Part shown: positions 1-12,070 of the stretch, in pieces
How positions within the stretch are numbered: position 1 is the stretch's first letter
How the letters are laid out: each line of letters opens with the position of its first letter
Origin: Podarcis erhardii
Lineage: Eukaryota
Direction: 5' to 3' (one strand)
NCBI GenBank assembly: GCA_964252035.1
Contig: OZ176200.1
Length of the DNA: 64,000 nucleotides
Position numbers and translations under genes: made by a program
The notes under the pieces: model-generated
What the model saw: the letters and a program-made list of their open reading frames with translations, nothing else
What the model was told of the DNA's origin: nothing
The model's database searches: none

Positions 1-145
1 GGCTGTTTCTCTAGCTCTTGCCAGCTTTTATTGGCTCAGTGTAACATTGGCATTTAAAAACAGACGATAAAGGAATATTGCATTGAAATGACAGAACACA
101 CAAGCATGAAATATTTGATGAGAACGATAACAGGGTGCATGGCAT

Positions 146-151
146 TTTATT
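146..151 (-). terminator. Candidate polyA signal (AATAAA) for CRACR2B
   Basis: Minus-strand AATAAA followed by U/GU-rich sequence (gcttgtgtgttctgtc). Other AATAAA at 1090-1095, 2102-2107 and 27-32 are alternatives. Confidence 0.35.
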
Positions 152-3100
152 ATGGAAGTCTGGATCACAGGCTCACATTCCAACAACAGCATGAATTTTG
201 CAGTATTTTGCCATCACAATATTTGTCGTAAACACATACCAAAGACACATATACTGTAACTATGTAGACCCGTGATGAATGGGTTGTACCTGGAGACCGG
301 TTCCTAGACTTCTGGAAGGTGCATGCAGGTTTCTCATTAAGGGACACACAAAGGACCAGATTGTACATGGCATGCAACTCCCTCCAAAACTTGTGGATGT
401 ATGGACTTGGGGAAACTCAGTTTCCATTCATAACACACAGCGGTACAACAAAGCGCAGTACAAAATGCAGCTCAAGGCACAATGTTTCCAAATATCAATT
501 TCAAAATTAACTTCAGAATGTTTAGGGTGGTAATCCGGATTAATGAACAACTGGGGACCTGAAGGGATTGGCAGAGGAAAAGAAGATGCAAGGACCCAAG
601 TAGTCCTCTGCAGCCTTGGAACTTGTAAAGGTATCAGCAGAGTTTCCACACTGTGCTTCAACTGTCCTAGTTTTGCACAGTATCTCAGGGCCTTACTAGA
701 GTAAACGTTGGAAAACTCTTTCGAAATGCTTTTAGAAGCATCTGTGAGCAAATTAGACTAGGACTGGAGTGCCTGATTGCTTGGTCCAATCTGAGAACTC
801 AGATGTGCCCATTGCGATCTCTTCAAAAGGATGAGGCAGGGGGCAAATCACCTTAGCTGCACTTCGCCATGCAAGGCACCTGCTGTGCCTTTTAACTCTT
901 GTCTTGCCTATGTACTGCGCTGACTGAAGCAGTAAAGATTTTGGCAGAAACCGAAATCAAAGTTCAAGCTCTTCATCCAGCAGGACATTTCCTCCCATTT
1001 AAGTGTGCATGGATCCACTCAGATCTCTTCCATGGTTCGTCTAGTTTGGCCTTCTCCCTCACAGTGCCAAATGATTTCCAGTGCTGCCATTTATTGCATA
1101 AACAGTCTTGGCGTATTTAGAAGATTTTAATACTTCACTATTGCAAGGTCTTCCTGTTATATGTTGAAGCAGACTTGGAAATATGTCTTGCAGCGCTGAC
1201 AAACTGTCATAAACGTGCAGGCAAGAACAAGCCAGATATCTCTCCTACAGAATGATGCACTGTTAAACTCTGGCAACCTGATTGGTCCATCATTATGTCA
1301 CAGTGAATGAAGACTGGTACTGACTACCAACCAGGAATCTCTAGCTAAAAAACAGTACAGTTGCAAATCTAATTACAACAGAAACATCAGGCTAGGAAGG
1401 CCCTTCAGGCTTTAAAACCAAAAACCTCACCAGATCTACATTATGCCAGTATACCCCAAGTGTGCATCGGAGTTTGTGCTCTTCTCTATCTTAGAAAAGC
1501 AACAGCCTGCAGATGCTCCAACAGACAGACACAAGCATTGCAGTCTTGGACAAAAGAGAAATATACAAAGGGCCCATCATCAAGAGACTTCAAGACAGGA
1601 AGTTGCTGCTGCATCAGCAGACTTCTTTTCTCCTTGATAATTCTCTTTGATGGTAGAAAAAGCCTTCTAGAAACACCACACTTTTTTAAACTAAGGCAAA
1701 CAGAAATATTTTGTTTTTTCCTTTTCTACTACGCATTCTTGCAATGGAAAGATTGCTGCAAATTGCAGTTAGCATGAGCAGATATCAAGTGTGTGTGTGT
1801 GTGTGTGTGTGGCTGTGTGTGCATATATAGTTGACAGGAACATAATGCAACATATTTTTTCCACTAGAAAAATTAGAACTCAACTTCCTTCATTCCAGTC
1901 CCTCCAGCATAGTTGTAGTTGGTACATCTTGATACAAGACTGAGGTTCAGAAAAAAGGAGGAAATGTTTTAAAAAACAGAAACAAATAAGGATCCTTTTT
2001 TCCATTAACTGAAGGTTTACATTTTACTTCAAGAGTCTGATGTGCTAACTCTAACCCATGCAACCTGCCTTTATGCAAGCGCAGTCCACAGTATTATATT
2101 ATTTATTTCTGCACTAAACCAGTTCTTTAAATCTGCAGAATGACTGTATGCAGATCAAAAGCTTGCTCTTTTTGAATTCCCACATCAGATGCAATCTGCA
2201 TGAAGAGTGGTGGGTGCCTTTCTTCCCTGCATCCAACAGAACCTCCATCTCATTAATATTTACTGTTCAAAGAGGATCAGACAACAAAAGCCATTGTAGC
2301 TTGCCTGGAGCCCATATTCCACTAGAGAACAGAGATAGCAGACTGTCAAAGGGACAATCCAGTGGCTACTTTGACATGTGAAGAAAAACCAATTTATGTC
2401 CATATGAAGTCTCTCCACGTCCCTCCCTGCCATACTGTAAATTGCTTTCAATGCGACCCCACTCAACGTATCCCATGGTGCAGCATGAAAGGGATGCTCT
2501 TCAAAAAAGACATTAAAGTGCCAAATGGGATCTGAGAACTCACTGCATTGCTCTCTCTGAACTGCAACTGCAGAAGACAGTTTCTCCCTGTTGCTTCTGC
2601 TGCATTTAATGATCTTGTTGAGACTACGGAGATCACATGCCCCCAGATTCATCTGGAGATGCAGCCACAGGCCTAGTAATCAGAAAGATGAGTCGTGGGA
2701 CAGCCGGAGAGGCAGCCCACTCATAAGGCAAGGTAAAGAAACCTCCTCAGGTGGTGGAAACACAAAAGACGGCGCCCCACCGGCTCTCCGCCTGCCCCAC
2801 CACTTCCACTGCAGCTGGAACGCTCCCTTCTAGGCGAGTGGGAGGGGAGAGGCCTGCAGCAAAGCTTTGTAGAACAGCTCACACTTGCTCAGCTTTGCAG
2901 TTGCTCTCTCTCCACTCCTAGGTAAGCAAGGCTTCAGTGGGGAGGCAGCAGCAGTGTGTGTTGGGGAGGGACATCTCGTTTCACCCTCAGATGGCGAAAC
3001 AGGATGGGCCACCCATGGACAGACAGGTGCACAGATGTTTGCACAATCATACCCAAAGACTAGAACATTGCACTGGAAACTTCCCTCTCCTTTTTACACA

Positions 3101-3912
3101 AAAACATACATAGCAGCTTCAATAAAAACATTCCTACACCCTATGCTTGTACAACACTAAAGACTAGATAGCTGATCAGCACACTCCCCTCCCCCCTTTA
3201 TACTTCATTCCTGCCCTGCATTTGTGGAGCAGGGAAATCAGCAGCAAGAGGTCACATGTCACAGTGGAAACAAATATGTCTTCTTTTGGCTCATCTTCAC
3301 ATTTTGGTTGTCTGCCACGCTGGTCTACGATCAAATCTACTAAGTGGTATGTTTCGTGGACGTTACATCTCTCCTACCAAAACCAAACTGCCCAGGGATG
3401 GAAAAGGCCCATTCCAGGAGCAGGCCAAATTAAGAGGCAGAAACAGACAAAAAGACATATTGTTTTCAGTCTCTTAATTGTGGGCTGCATGACAATGGAA
3501 GCCTAGAAGGATATAGGCACAAGGTGATATAGCAGAAGAACTATAGGCTGGAATGAGGCAAGGTAGTTCCAAAGATGAATTCCAGACTACTCTGCAGAAT
3601 TGTGGTGGTGTGAAGAGAAAGAACGTAACTGGGCCTTCTCCAAGCTAGGTGGCAATGGCTCAGTCTTAAAACATGGAGGTCCAGCTACGGTTCCTCTGAA
3701 TGGAAGCCTTAGTGTACAAAGTTCAAGATGTGCAAAAGATTTTCTCCCCCTCCAGGTTGGAGGGACACCCAACTGTAAACGCTTTCTTGTAGAGTCAGGA
3801 GCCAGCAGTCCTTATTGCCCCCTTTGTAATTGCCTGGTTTAAAAATGTGCAGCTCTCTCTTAAAAATAATAATAATAATAAGTCCACATGCAGGCACTAC
3901 AGGGTTTCTCAG

Positions 3913-4069
3913 TCAATGCCCACCCTGTAAATGAAATGACCCCAAGTGATGGCAACAACAGCAAGCTGCAAAGGGGAGGCGACGGGGGATTAGAATTTTC
4001 TTTCTCAGACTAACCAGCTTCTTGGCTTCAAAGGCATCTCTCTCGTCTCGCAGCTTCTTGTTCATCTCT
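3913..4069 (-). CDS. CRACR2B: CRACR2B terminal coding exon 9
   Basis: EMNKKLRDERDAFEAKKLVSLRKKILIPRRLPFAACCCCHHLGSFHLQGGH*. Acceptor ggagcag|. The nine exons total 1218 nt = 405 aa + stop. Confidence 0.85.
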
Positions 4070-4282
4070 CTGCTCCAAAGGAAAGAAAGACACACAGAGG
4101 TAAGCGGTAGCTGTTGCTCTACACATACTACGGTAGGGAACTAACAATCGTCAAAGAGAAGTGAGAAAGGGGAAGACACCACTCCTTTTTGCAACCACAA
4201 ATCCCCATTCAGGTTTCACAGAAGCTTCGTGTGGCCTAAATCTTCACTGCAGAAATTGCTTTGGTGCTGCTCTCAGACATTA

Positions 4283-4558
4283 CAGTGGTACCTCGGGATG
4301 TGAACGGGATCCATTCCAGAGCCCTGTTTGCATCCTGAACACAACAGAAGATGCGACGGCGCGTCTGCGCGTGTTGCTGCTTCCGCGCATGATGTCATTT
4401 TGAGCGTCTGTGCATGCGTGAGTGGCGAAACCTGGAAGTAACGCGCTCCATTACTTCTGGGTTGCCGTGGAGCACAACTCATGGAGCACAACTGGGTTGC
4501 CATGGAGCACAACTCGAATGCGCTCAACCCGAAGCACATTCAACCCGAGGTATGACTG
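4283..4558. mobile_element. Tc1/mariner-pogo type MITE, CpG-rich
   Basis: TIR CAGTGGTACCTCGGG / CCCGAGGTATGACTG with TA on both sides. Internal ggagcacaact repeats. Confidence 0.8.
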
Positions 4559-4792
4559 TACTTTAGCACCATCTATTGCCACTGGGGACCTGAATCACCC
4601 AAAGCACTGGCCCCTGTACAGCTTGCTGCTTAGGTCAAGTGGCAGCCCTGTGGGTCTGGCCAATTCTGCTGGTTTTGTTTGAATAGCTGACATAACACCA
4701 AGGAGCTTTTTTATTCTATACCTCCCTATACATGTGAACAAGCCCTCAAGGCAGATGGTGAAGAGCAGATGTCAAGATGCCCCCACCTTTAC

Positions 4793-4864
4793 CTGAGCAG
4801 TTCCAGTTGTCGCAGGAGGCTTTTCTTTTCTTTCTGCATATTCTTAGAGACTCTGAATACATCC
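4793..4864 (-). CDS. CRACR2B: CRACR2B coding exon 8
   Basis: DVFRVSKNMQKEKKSLLRQLELL(R). Acceptor aatgtag|, donor AG|gtaaag. 72 nt, phase 2->2. Confidence 0.92.
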
Positions 4865-6421
4865 CTACATTTAAAAGGGGAAGGGAGGGTTAATGTTTTA
4901 AGGGCTACAAGTTTTGTCCTGTGCAAACGTTGATAATATGACCCAAATGCCAAAGCTTCTGGCAGCAATCAAGGGCAGAGGGTGGACTAATTAAATTAAC
5001 ACTGGGTTAGGAGCTGACTCCCATTCTTGCTCTCCATGACTTGCTGATGCAAAATATCATTTTCTTGGTTTCCAAGAGAAATTCCAGCTGAGGACCAAAT
5101 TTACACGCACCCTTTTTGCACCCACCACACTGCTCTGCTCCCCAATCACTCCACCTCCCAAAGCAGCCTTTCCTGTTAAAAATGATCCATTAGTCTATGT
5201 TTGCATACAGTTCAAAATAAGAAAAAGAATGTCAACTGTGCATACTGCATATTTAAGTTAAAATGCCTACATCAGCTCTAGATTTTTTTAATTATTATTA
5301 CTAAAAACAACACCACTGTACCATTTGGGACTTTGTATCTGAGAAGAAAAGGTGGCAGAAGAGCTACCTACTGGGATCTAATTGTTCTGCAGACGTTACG
5401 TCCAAATTCTTATCCCGGTTTATAACTGAAGTCATGTTTTGGCCAATTCAGTATTAGAAAGTAGATTTACTCTTCAATAAAGCAAAAGGTTGCCCAATTT
5501 GCAGTGACATCATACATTCTGAACAGTAATCTGAGTGATTGCTGTGGAGATCAGTGTTATTGTTTGCCACATTGTTTGTTCTCAGACTGGTAGGAGCCGT
5601 GGTTTTGACAATACAAGATTTGGATTGACCTTTTATGGTGAATTGCTGTGGGGCTTGCTTTCCGAGCCATTTCTATCATGGTCTTCTAGGAAATGTAACC
5701 AGGAAAATGATTTTTATCTCTAGTTTATACAGAGCAGGGATAGCTAATGCGCTACCTTCCAGATATCGTTGGACTCCATCTCCCATCATCCCTAATCATT
5801 GTCCATGCTGACTGGGGCTGATGGGAACTGGAGTCCAAGAACATCTAAATGGCACAACGTTAGCTACTCCTGACAGAGAGAAAAGAAATCATGTTACTAT
5901 CTCAAGGCCACACAGGAAGTAGATTTGTGGAAGAGAATAAAAACATCACGCGTGTTCTAATCCTTTAACTCAGTCCTGGAAGCTAGAAAGTGTTCATACT
6001 TACAGACCCCCTTTAATTTTATTTCATAAAAATAATGTAACACTTGATTGTAAAACAACAACAACAACAACAACCTCAAGGTGGTTGTCTACATATCTGG
6101 GTAAGGCTTGCCTAAACAAAAACACTTTTAGCAGGCACTGAAAAGAGTACAATGAAGGGACCTGCCTGATGTCAATAGTCAGAGAGTTAAAAAATGTAGG
6201 TGCTGCCACACCAAAAGATCAATTTTTTACAAATACAGTCCAGGTATTATGTGGCGCCTGAAAATAGTGCCAGTACTGCAGTTTGCAGTAGCCACATATT
6301 ATTGCTATTCATTTCTACATTCTGTAGTCCCACTGATTAACTAATTAGCGTAAACCAGCATTACACAGCAAAAGCAACTGGCACTTTTCATTGCATGTTC
6401 TACAGCCCCACCCCAACACAC

Positions 6422-6609
6422 CTGTTTTTCTGTTCCTGCTCTAGCTGGGCTTCTTTCTGCAGCTGTTGCAGGTGACCTCGGGCTACCTCCAGCTCCCATT
6501 TGCTTCTCTCCAGTTGGTCCAGGAGATTGTCGTTCAAGATTTTCAGCCTCTCATTTTGCACCCGCATTTCCAGCTGTTCTGAGCTCTGGGACTGCAACTG
6601 ATGTTCCAG
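6422..6609 (-). CDS. CRACR2B: CRACR2B coding exon 7
   Basis: LEHQLQSQSSEQLEMRVQNERLKILNDNLLDQLERSKWELEVARGHLQQLQKEAQLEQEQKN(R). Acceptor tttttag|, donor AG|gtgtgt. 188 nt, phase 0->2. Confidence 0.93.
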
Positions 6610-8765
6610 CTAAAAATATGTAAGAAATCAAGATGAACAGATCTGAAAAACCAAAAGCACAATGGCATCAGTAGCCAGTGTCTGCAAGCAGCTTTGAGCT
6701 GTAGGGGAGGCAGAAGAAGAATATCTTAAATTAAAAAAAAAGTTGTACAAAGGAAAACAGAAAGCAGAGCAATACATCTGTGGGGTTTTTTTTAGCTGCA
6801 ATGCATTCAAGTACATTAATAAAGATAACATGTTAAGGACCAGAACCAATGGATTTTAGTTACTAGAAAGGAAATTCCAACTAAACATCAGGAAGAACTT
6901 TCTCACAGTAAGGACTGTTCGACAGTGGAAGCGATTCCCTTGGAAGGTGGTGAATTGGAGGTTTATAAGCAGAGGTTGGGGGGCCATCTGTCATGGATGC
7001 TTTAGCTGATATTCCTGCACTGCAGGGGTACAGTAATTACCATGGTATCAATACCCCGAAGACCTTCTAGCTGCATTTTCATTCCCTATTGTGAAGTGGT
7101 CTTTTGTGGTCCTAATCTATATGCCTGTTGGTCACATGAGTGGATAACCTCAGAGTCATAGAATTGAAGAGTTGGAAGGGACCCTGAACTGAGAAAACCC
7201 ATATGGGGGAATTCTTAATCTCCTCTCTGTTGTTTTGCCCCAACGTAACTGCTCTTTAGTTTTTAAACAACCCAGAGCAAATACTGACACTGGACTTACC
7301 CAAACCGCACCAATAACGCAAATTACACAGTGTTATCTCTCAGCCGCATACCTATAAGAGGATATTATGGCACGATGATAACGTCATGTGCAAACAGAGC
7401 AGATGGCCTTCCTTGGGTTGGTGGAGGTGGAGTCACCTCTTTGGAGCTAAAACATGAATGGTGCTGGCATCACATACTAAGGTTGTGGGCCTTGGAGGTT
7501 AAAGGAGGACACTGTGTGCTTTGCAAGTGGGGCAGGAAGCTAAAAGGGCCCTCATAGCTGAAGGTTTAAAATCCTGGAAGGAACTTGGCACAGCACCATG
7601 AACTCCAGTGACAGAAACAATTATCTTCCGTGTAGATAAGCCTCAAGCGGGACTGTACAGATGTATCTAAAGGTGCAGAAAAGGACAAGCCAAATTATTG
7701 GTGAACTGGAGCAACTCCTCTATGAGAAGAGCTTACAATGCTCAGGGTTTTTTAGCTTGTCAGGGAAAGGACAGTGGTTGTGGTGGGGCCATGACGCAAG
7801 ATGCTTCACATAATGCACAGTACGGAGAAAGAGAATATAATTTTTCGCTCCCTCATAGATTACCAGAATCCAACATCATTCAGGGAAGCTGAAGGGTGGG
7901 AGAGTCAAGGCAGCCAGAAAAGAAGTTCTTCTTCACAAAATGCAAGGTTAAATTATGGAATTTACATCTACGAGAAGTAGTGGTGGTGGTGACCATTAAA
8001 AGAGAATTAGAAAATTTCCTGGAGGATAAAGCTATAAATGGCTAATGGCTACTAGACATAATGACCGTGTGTGTGTGTGCGCGTGCATGCGCGTGCGGGG
8101 GCAGAGCAGTGTTTCCCAAACTTGGGTCTCCAGCTGTTTTGGGATTACAATTCCCATCATCCCTGACCACTGGTCCTGCTAGCTAGGGATGAATAAGGTT
8201 GGAGAGATAAAATAATCACAGGCAGCTCCTATACTGGGCCAAGGAGCCACTCCAAAAAATTACTTGCTCCCCACCTTACAGGGCACAGCCTCCCTGACAG
8301 CTGGTGCATACAGGATTTGAGTTTTACCTACTTGAGCGCACCTAGTCTGTCTGGTGCTGATGGGGGGTGGGGAGGAGAACAGTGAGAAGAATTTCTCTTC
8401 CCTAAAGTAGCTTATATACTGGGGGGCACTCACATATGTCTACTCATCACTTCAGGGCTTCCCATGATTTGCAGAAGTGAAACAGCTGGTCACAGCGGAG
8501 TATGCAATGCTGTCTCTTTGCCTACAATGAAGGCTTTTGGCACTGGTTTTTCTTGTAACACCAACAGGAACCAGCAGGAGCTGGGGCTAAGGTGGCATCT
8601 CAGGCACAAGAGCCCAAATCCAGCTCTAGCCCTGTACATGTGTGAGAAGCAATGACTTTGGTGTCAAAAGACACCGCCAGCCAGTTCAACGGGACCTGTG
8701 TAGACAATGCGGAGGTAAAATCCAAATTCAAGCAAAAGAAACAAGGGTCACCCCCTCCAAGTCAC

Positions 8766-8858
8766 CTTTTTCTGGTGGTACAACATCTTCTCAAATTCTT
8801 GTTCTTTGCTCTGCAGCTCTTTCTGAAGCAAGCTGCTCTTCTCATGCTTCATTGATCC
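8766..8858 (-). CDS. CRACR2B: CRACR2B coding exon 6
   Basis: GSMKHEKSSLLQKELQSKEQEFEKMLYHQKK. Acceptor ttttgcag|, donor AAG|gtgact. 93 nt, phase 0->0. Confidence 0.92.
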
Positions 8859-9022
8859 CTGCAAAAAGGAGATAAATTGGTGCTTTTCCTTTTTTTTCTT
8901 CACTCCAACGTTCAGCATAAAAATAAATCTCCGGCACTTTGCAAGGATGTGGCTCATTGATTTAGCAACTGAGCTCAGTGTCCAGCTCAGGCATCCTGAG
9001 AGTGAAGGAATGAGGTGTTTAC

Positions 9023-9113
9023 CTGGCTCAGCAGCCGTTCCCTTTCTGCTTTGATTTGTTGCTCCATTTCTTCATAAAGGCACCTGATTTCACGGTCATG
9101 GTCTACCTCCCTC
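9023..9113 (-). CDS. CRACR2B: CRACR2B coding exon 5 (coiled coil)
   Basis: REVDHDREIRCLYEEMEQQIKAERERLLSQ contains the family motif LYEEMEQQIK. Acceptor cttttag|, donor CAG|gtaaac. 91 nt, phase 2->0. Confidence 0.95.
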
Positions 9114-9880
9114 CTAAAAGCACAGAGCAAGAGGGATGAAATGCAAGGAACAGATACAGTGTAAAGACAAAGTGGGAGACCAGATTGGGGGGAGGGGGAG
9201 AGAGAGAGAATTACCTCTCCACTTTGAAAGAAAATAAATACGTCTCAGCTAACATAAGATGTGCTGTCTCACTTTTCAGGAACTTGAGTATTGATATGGA
9301 AATCCTCTGGCACTAGGGGGCACCAGAAACGGCTTAAAAAGCTGCACATTGAGAACATTTTCTCAGGAAACTTTTGCAACCCAACTGCTTATGCTGCTTA
9401 AGGTTAGACTAAGGCTGTGTACACAGTACTAGCTTAAAAAGCAGCTAGTCTGTTATTTTTCCCAATCTGGGTTGAAGCTGGGGAAGGTTTTTGCGTTTTT
9501 TTGGAAGAGGAGCGTTGTGGGAAAACATATCAAAACAGTATTTCAAAAGCAATGACAGGATAAGTACCACATGGAAGTGGATTGTGGCTAACACTGTGTG
9601 TACACCGCTTCCTAAACTAGTGGTGGAAGCACACTGGATACAGACAAATTTTTAGTGTGTGCACAACCTGTTTGCTGCAGATGTGATTGGGTTATAGAGG
9701 AAGAAAATATTCATAGAGTAATAGGTCCCGCTGAAGGCATTTGGACACTTCTACCTCCTTCTTTGGCATTCACGAATCCTCTTGTGGATGCTGAGTGAAA
9801 CTTCTCCTCCCACTTACAGCATCCTAAGACTGCATTGCACTTTCTATGGCGTAGTCACATGCCGTCCAGAAACTGCTTAC

Positions 9881-10027
9881 CGTTTCAATGCCTGCTCAAT
9901 GGATTCCTTCTCGTGATGTATGTCCCTGACATATGAGGAAATGTGGAAGAGAAATTCTTCAAAACTGGTTAGGAGTTCTGGCTTTTCTTTCCGGAGTTGA
10001 GCCCAGAGCTCCTGAACCTCGTTCTGA
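9881..10027 (-). CDS. CRACR2B: CRACR2B coding exon 4
   Basis: QNEVQELWAQLRKEKPELLTSFEEFLFHISSYVRDIHHEKESIEQALK(R). Acceptor ctccag|, donor CG|gtaagc. 147 nt, phase 2->2. Confidence 0.95.
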
Positions 10028-10499
10028 CTGGAGCAAAGACAAACAGTAAAGTTTATCAGCTTGAGAGTAATAGATAAGCATAGTCCTTGCACCAAACAGG
10101 CTATAAAGAACTTATTTTAAAGTACTTTATAGTTAAGCCTCCTAGTCATCCCTCCCTGAGATGAGAAGATCCAGAAAATAAGAGGTCAAAAGTCCTCATC
10201 TTAAAAAGTAAAGATGCATCTGAACATGTATGCACTGTTGGAGAATCTCTTCCCCCATGTGATTTTATCCGAGCCTTATTATGCTCCTAATACACCCATC
10301 CCTTTCTACTAGTCCACTGCTCCCCATGCTAGTCCCAACATCATCTGGAAGACCACAGGTTCCCCATTCCTGTTGTAGCAGTGCAACCCAGGAAAACATA
10401 GCACATGCATATTAATGAAGATGACATGATAGATAGAAAGGGTCAAAGCAATGCTTCTGCGAAACAAGTTTCCTAAAGATAGCAACAGCAATCGTAATA

Positions 10500-10721
10500 C
10501 AGTGGTACCTTGGTTTACGAACTTAATCCGTTCTTAAACCAAGGCGTGCTTTCCCATAGCAGCATGGGACTCAATTTGCAAATGGAACACACTCAACAGG
10601 AAGCGGAACATGTTCTACTTCCAAGGCAAAATTCACAACCAAAACACCTACTTCTGGGTTTGCAGTGTTCTTAATCCAAGTTGTTCATAAACTAAGCTGT
10701 TCTTAAACCAAAGTACCACTG
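10500..10721. mobile_element. Tc1/mariner-pogo type MITE
   Basis: TIR CAGTGGTAC / GTACCACTG with TA TSD. Confidence 0.8.
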
Positions 10722-10757
10722 TAATAAACATGCACAGGTTGGAAAGTTCCAACTTAC

Positions 10758-10914
10758 TCTTCAAAGACCTGGGATGCTTCAAGCTGCTCCAACATGGAGC
10801 AAAACCTCTTCTCTTCCTCTTCCTGGTCCAAGTCATCTGACCAGCCTGACTCAAACGTCTCCTCGTGCCTGGTGCTTCCAGAGCTCTCATACTGCTCAAT
10901 CCCTATGAACTTGC
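10758..10914 (-). CDS. CRACR2B: CRACR2B coding exon 3
   Basis: Not shown in the coding frame by the ORF track. (G)KFIGIEQYESSGSTRHEETFESGWSDDLDQEEEEKRFCSMLEQLEASQVFE(D). Acceptor gactag|, donor GA|gtaagt. 157 nt, phase 1->2. Confidence 0.9.
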
Positions 10915-11710
10915 CTAGTCAGTGGAATGAGAAAAACAAAGGACTATAAGATTTCTCTAATCCCAGGTATGGCTTGCATCAGTGTTTGAATTATGAGGGG
11001 AGAGAGCTTGTGAAATCCACAAGCTCCATATCAGACCCCTTCCACCTTTAGCCAAATCAGGGCAACAGTAAAAATTAAAAGAACTGGAACTGGTCCACTT
11101 CAGACACAGAACCATGGTTCACTTCTGTAATGAAGGAAGGAAGCTCTTCACATGCTCAAAGGCACTCTGCATTACTCCATGTCATTTTCGTTATTTCAAA
11201 TGTTCCAAGGGTAAGCCGTTCCACTCAAAACAGGTTCAAGGACTGCATCCTGGACTTTAAACAACACATTTACCATGGAGTTCTATACATGTCTACTCAG
11301 AAATGAGCCCCACTTGAATTCCATGGGTCTTACTTCCAGGTAAGTGATCAGGGCCAGATTAATACATGCTGAGGCTCTAAACAATGCCAAGTTTAAGAGA
11401 CTTCCATAGTGCTAACCCCCCCCCCCCAGAAGAAAGGACAATAAAAACAGAAATAAAAAAGTTTTATATTTGCATATGGACTAGGACATAGGGGAGGATA
11501 AAACTAAAAAATAACCATCTGACTAAAACATATATTGCAATAAGCTTCTCTTTATAGAAAACACCTTTAAATTAAAATGCCTTATGGTTTCTTACTTTGC
11601 CCATATGAAGACTTTTAATGCAGAGCAACACGATATCTGTCACACTTTAGCACTTACTAAATGTAAGAGGCAATACAGCGTGAACTGTGTGTGTTCTACA
11701 CAGCCCTCCC

Positions 11711-11910
11711 NNNNNNNNNNNNNNNNNNNNNNNNNNNNNNNNNNNNNNNNNNNNNNNNNNNNNNNNNNNNNNNNNNNNNNNNNNNNNNNNNNNNNNNNNN
11801 NNNNNNNNNNNNNNNNNNNNNNNNNNNNNNNNNNNNNNNNNNNNNNNNNNNNNNNNNNNNNNNNNNNNNNNNNNNNNNNNNNNNNNNNNNNNNNNNNNNN
11901 NNNNNNNNNN
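11711..11910. other. Assembly gap (200 N) in the CRACR2B intron between coding exons 2 and 3
   Basis: Run of N. The flanking exon phases join (1->1), so no missing coding exon is required. Confidence 0.99.
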
Positions 11911-11958
11911 GTTTTCTCCATATAGCCACTGAGCTTCACACTCCCTTGTTCCTCTTAC

Positions 11959-12070
11959 CTAGTCCCATACTGAATTCGACTGGCGTGAGATACCCATTAT
12001 TGTCTTGCTCTAGACTGTCAAAAACAGATTCTAGTTGTTCAGGAGTGAGAGGAAGTTCACTTTGTAGCCG
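11959..12070 (-). CDS. CRACR2B: CRACR2B coding exon 2 (EF-hand 2)
   Basis: RLQSELPLTPEQLESVFDSLEQDNNGYLTPVEFSMGL(G). Acceptor ttcacag|, donor G|gtaaga. 112 nt, phase 0->1. Confidence 0.95.

Noticed and set aside
1-3900. Possible Rab GTPase exons extending CRACR2B, as in CRACR2A/Rab46; ORFs 428..751 and 2260..2652
   Set aside because: I found no GxxxxGKT, WDTAGQE or NKxD motif, and the ORFs have no recognisable homology. The region looks like 3' UTR.
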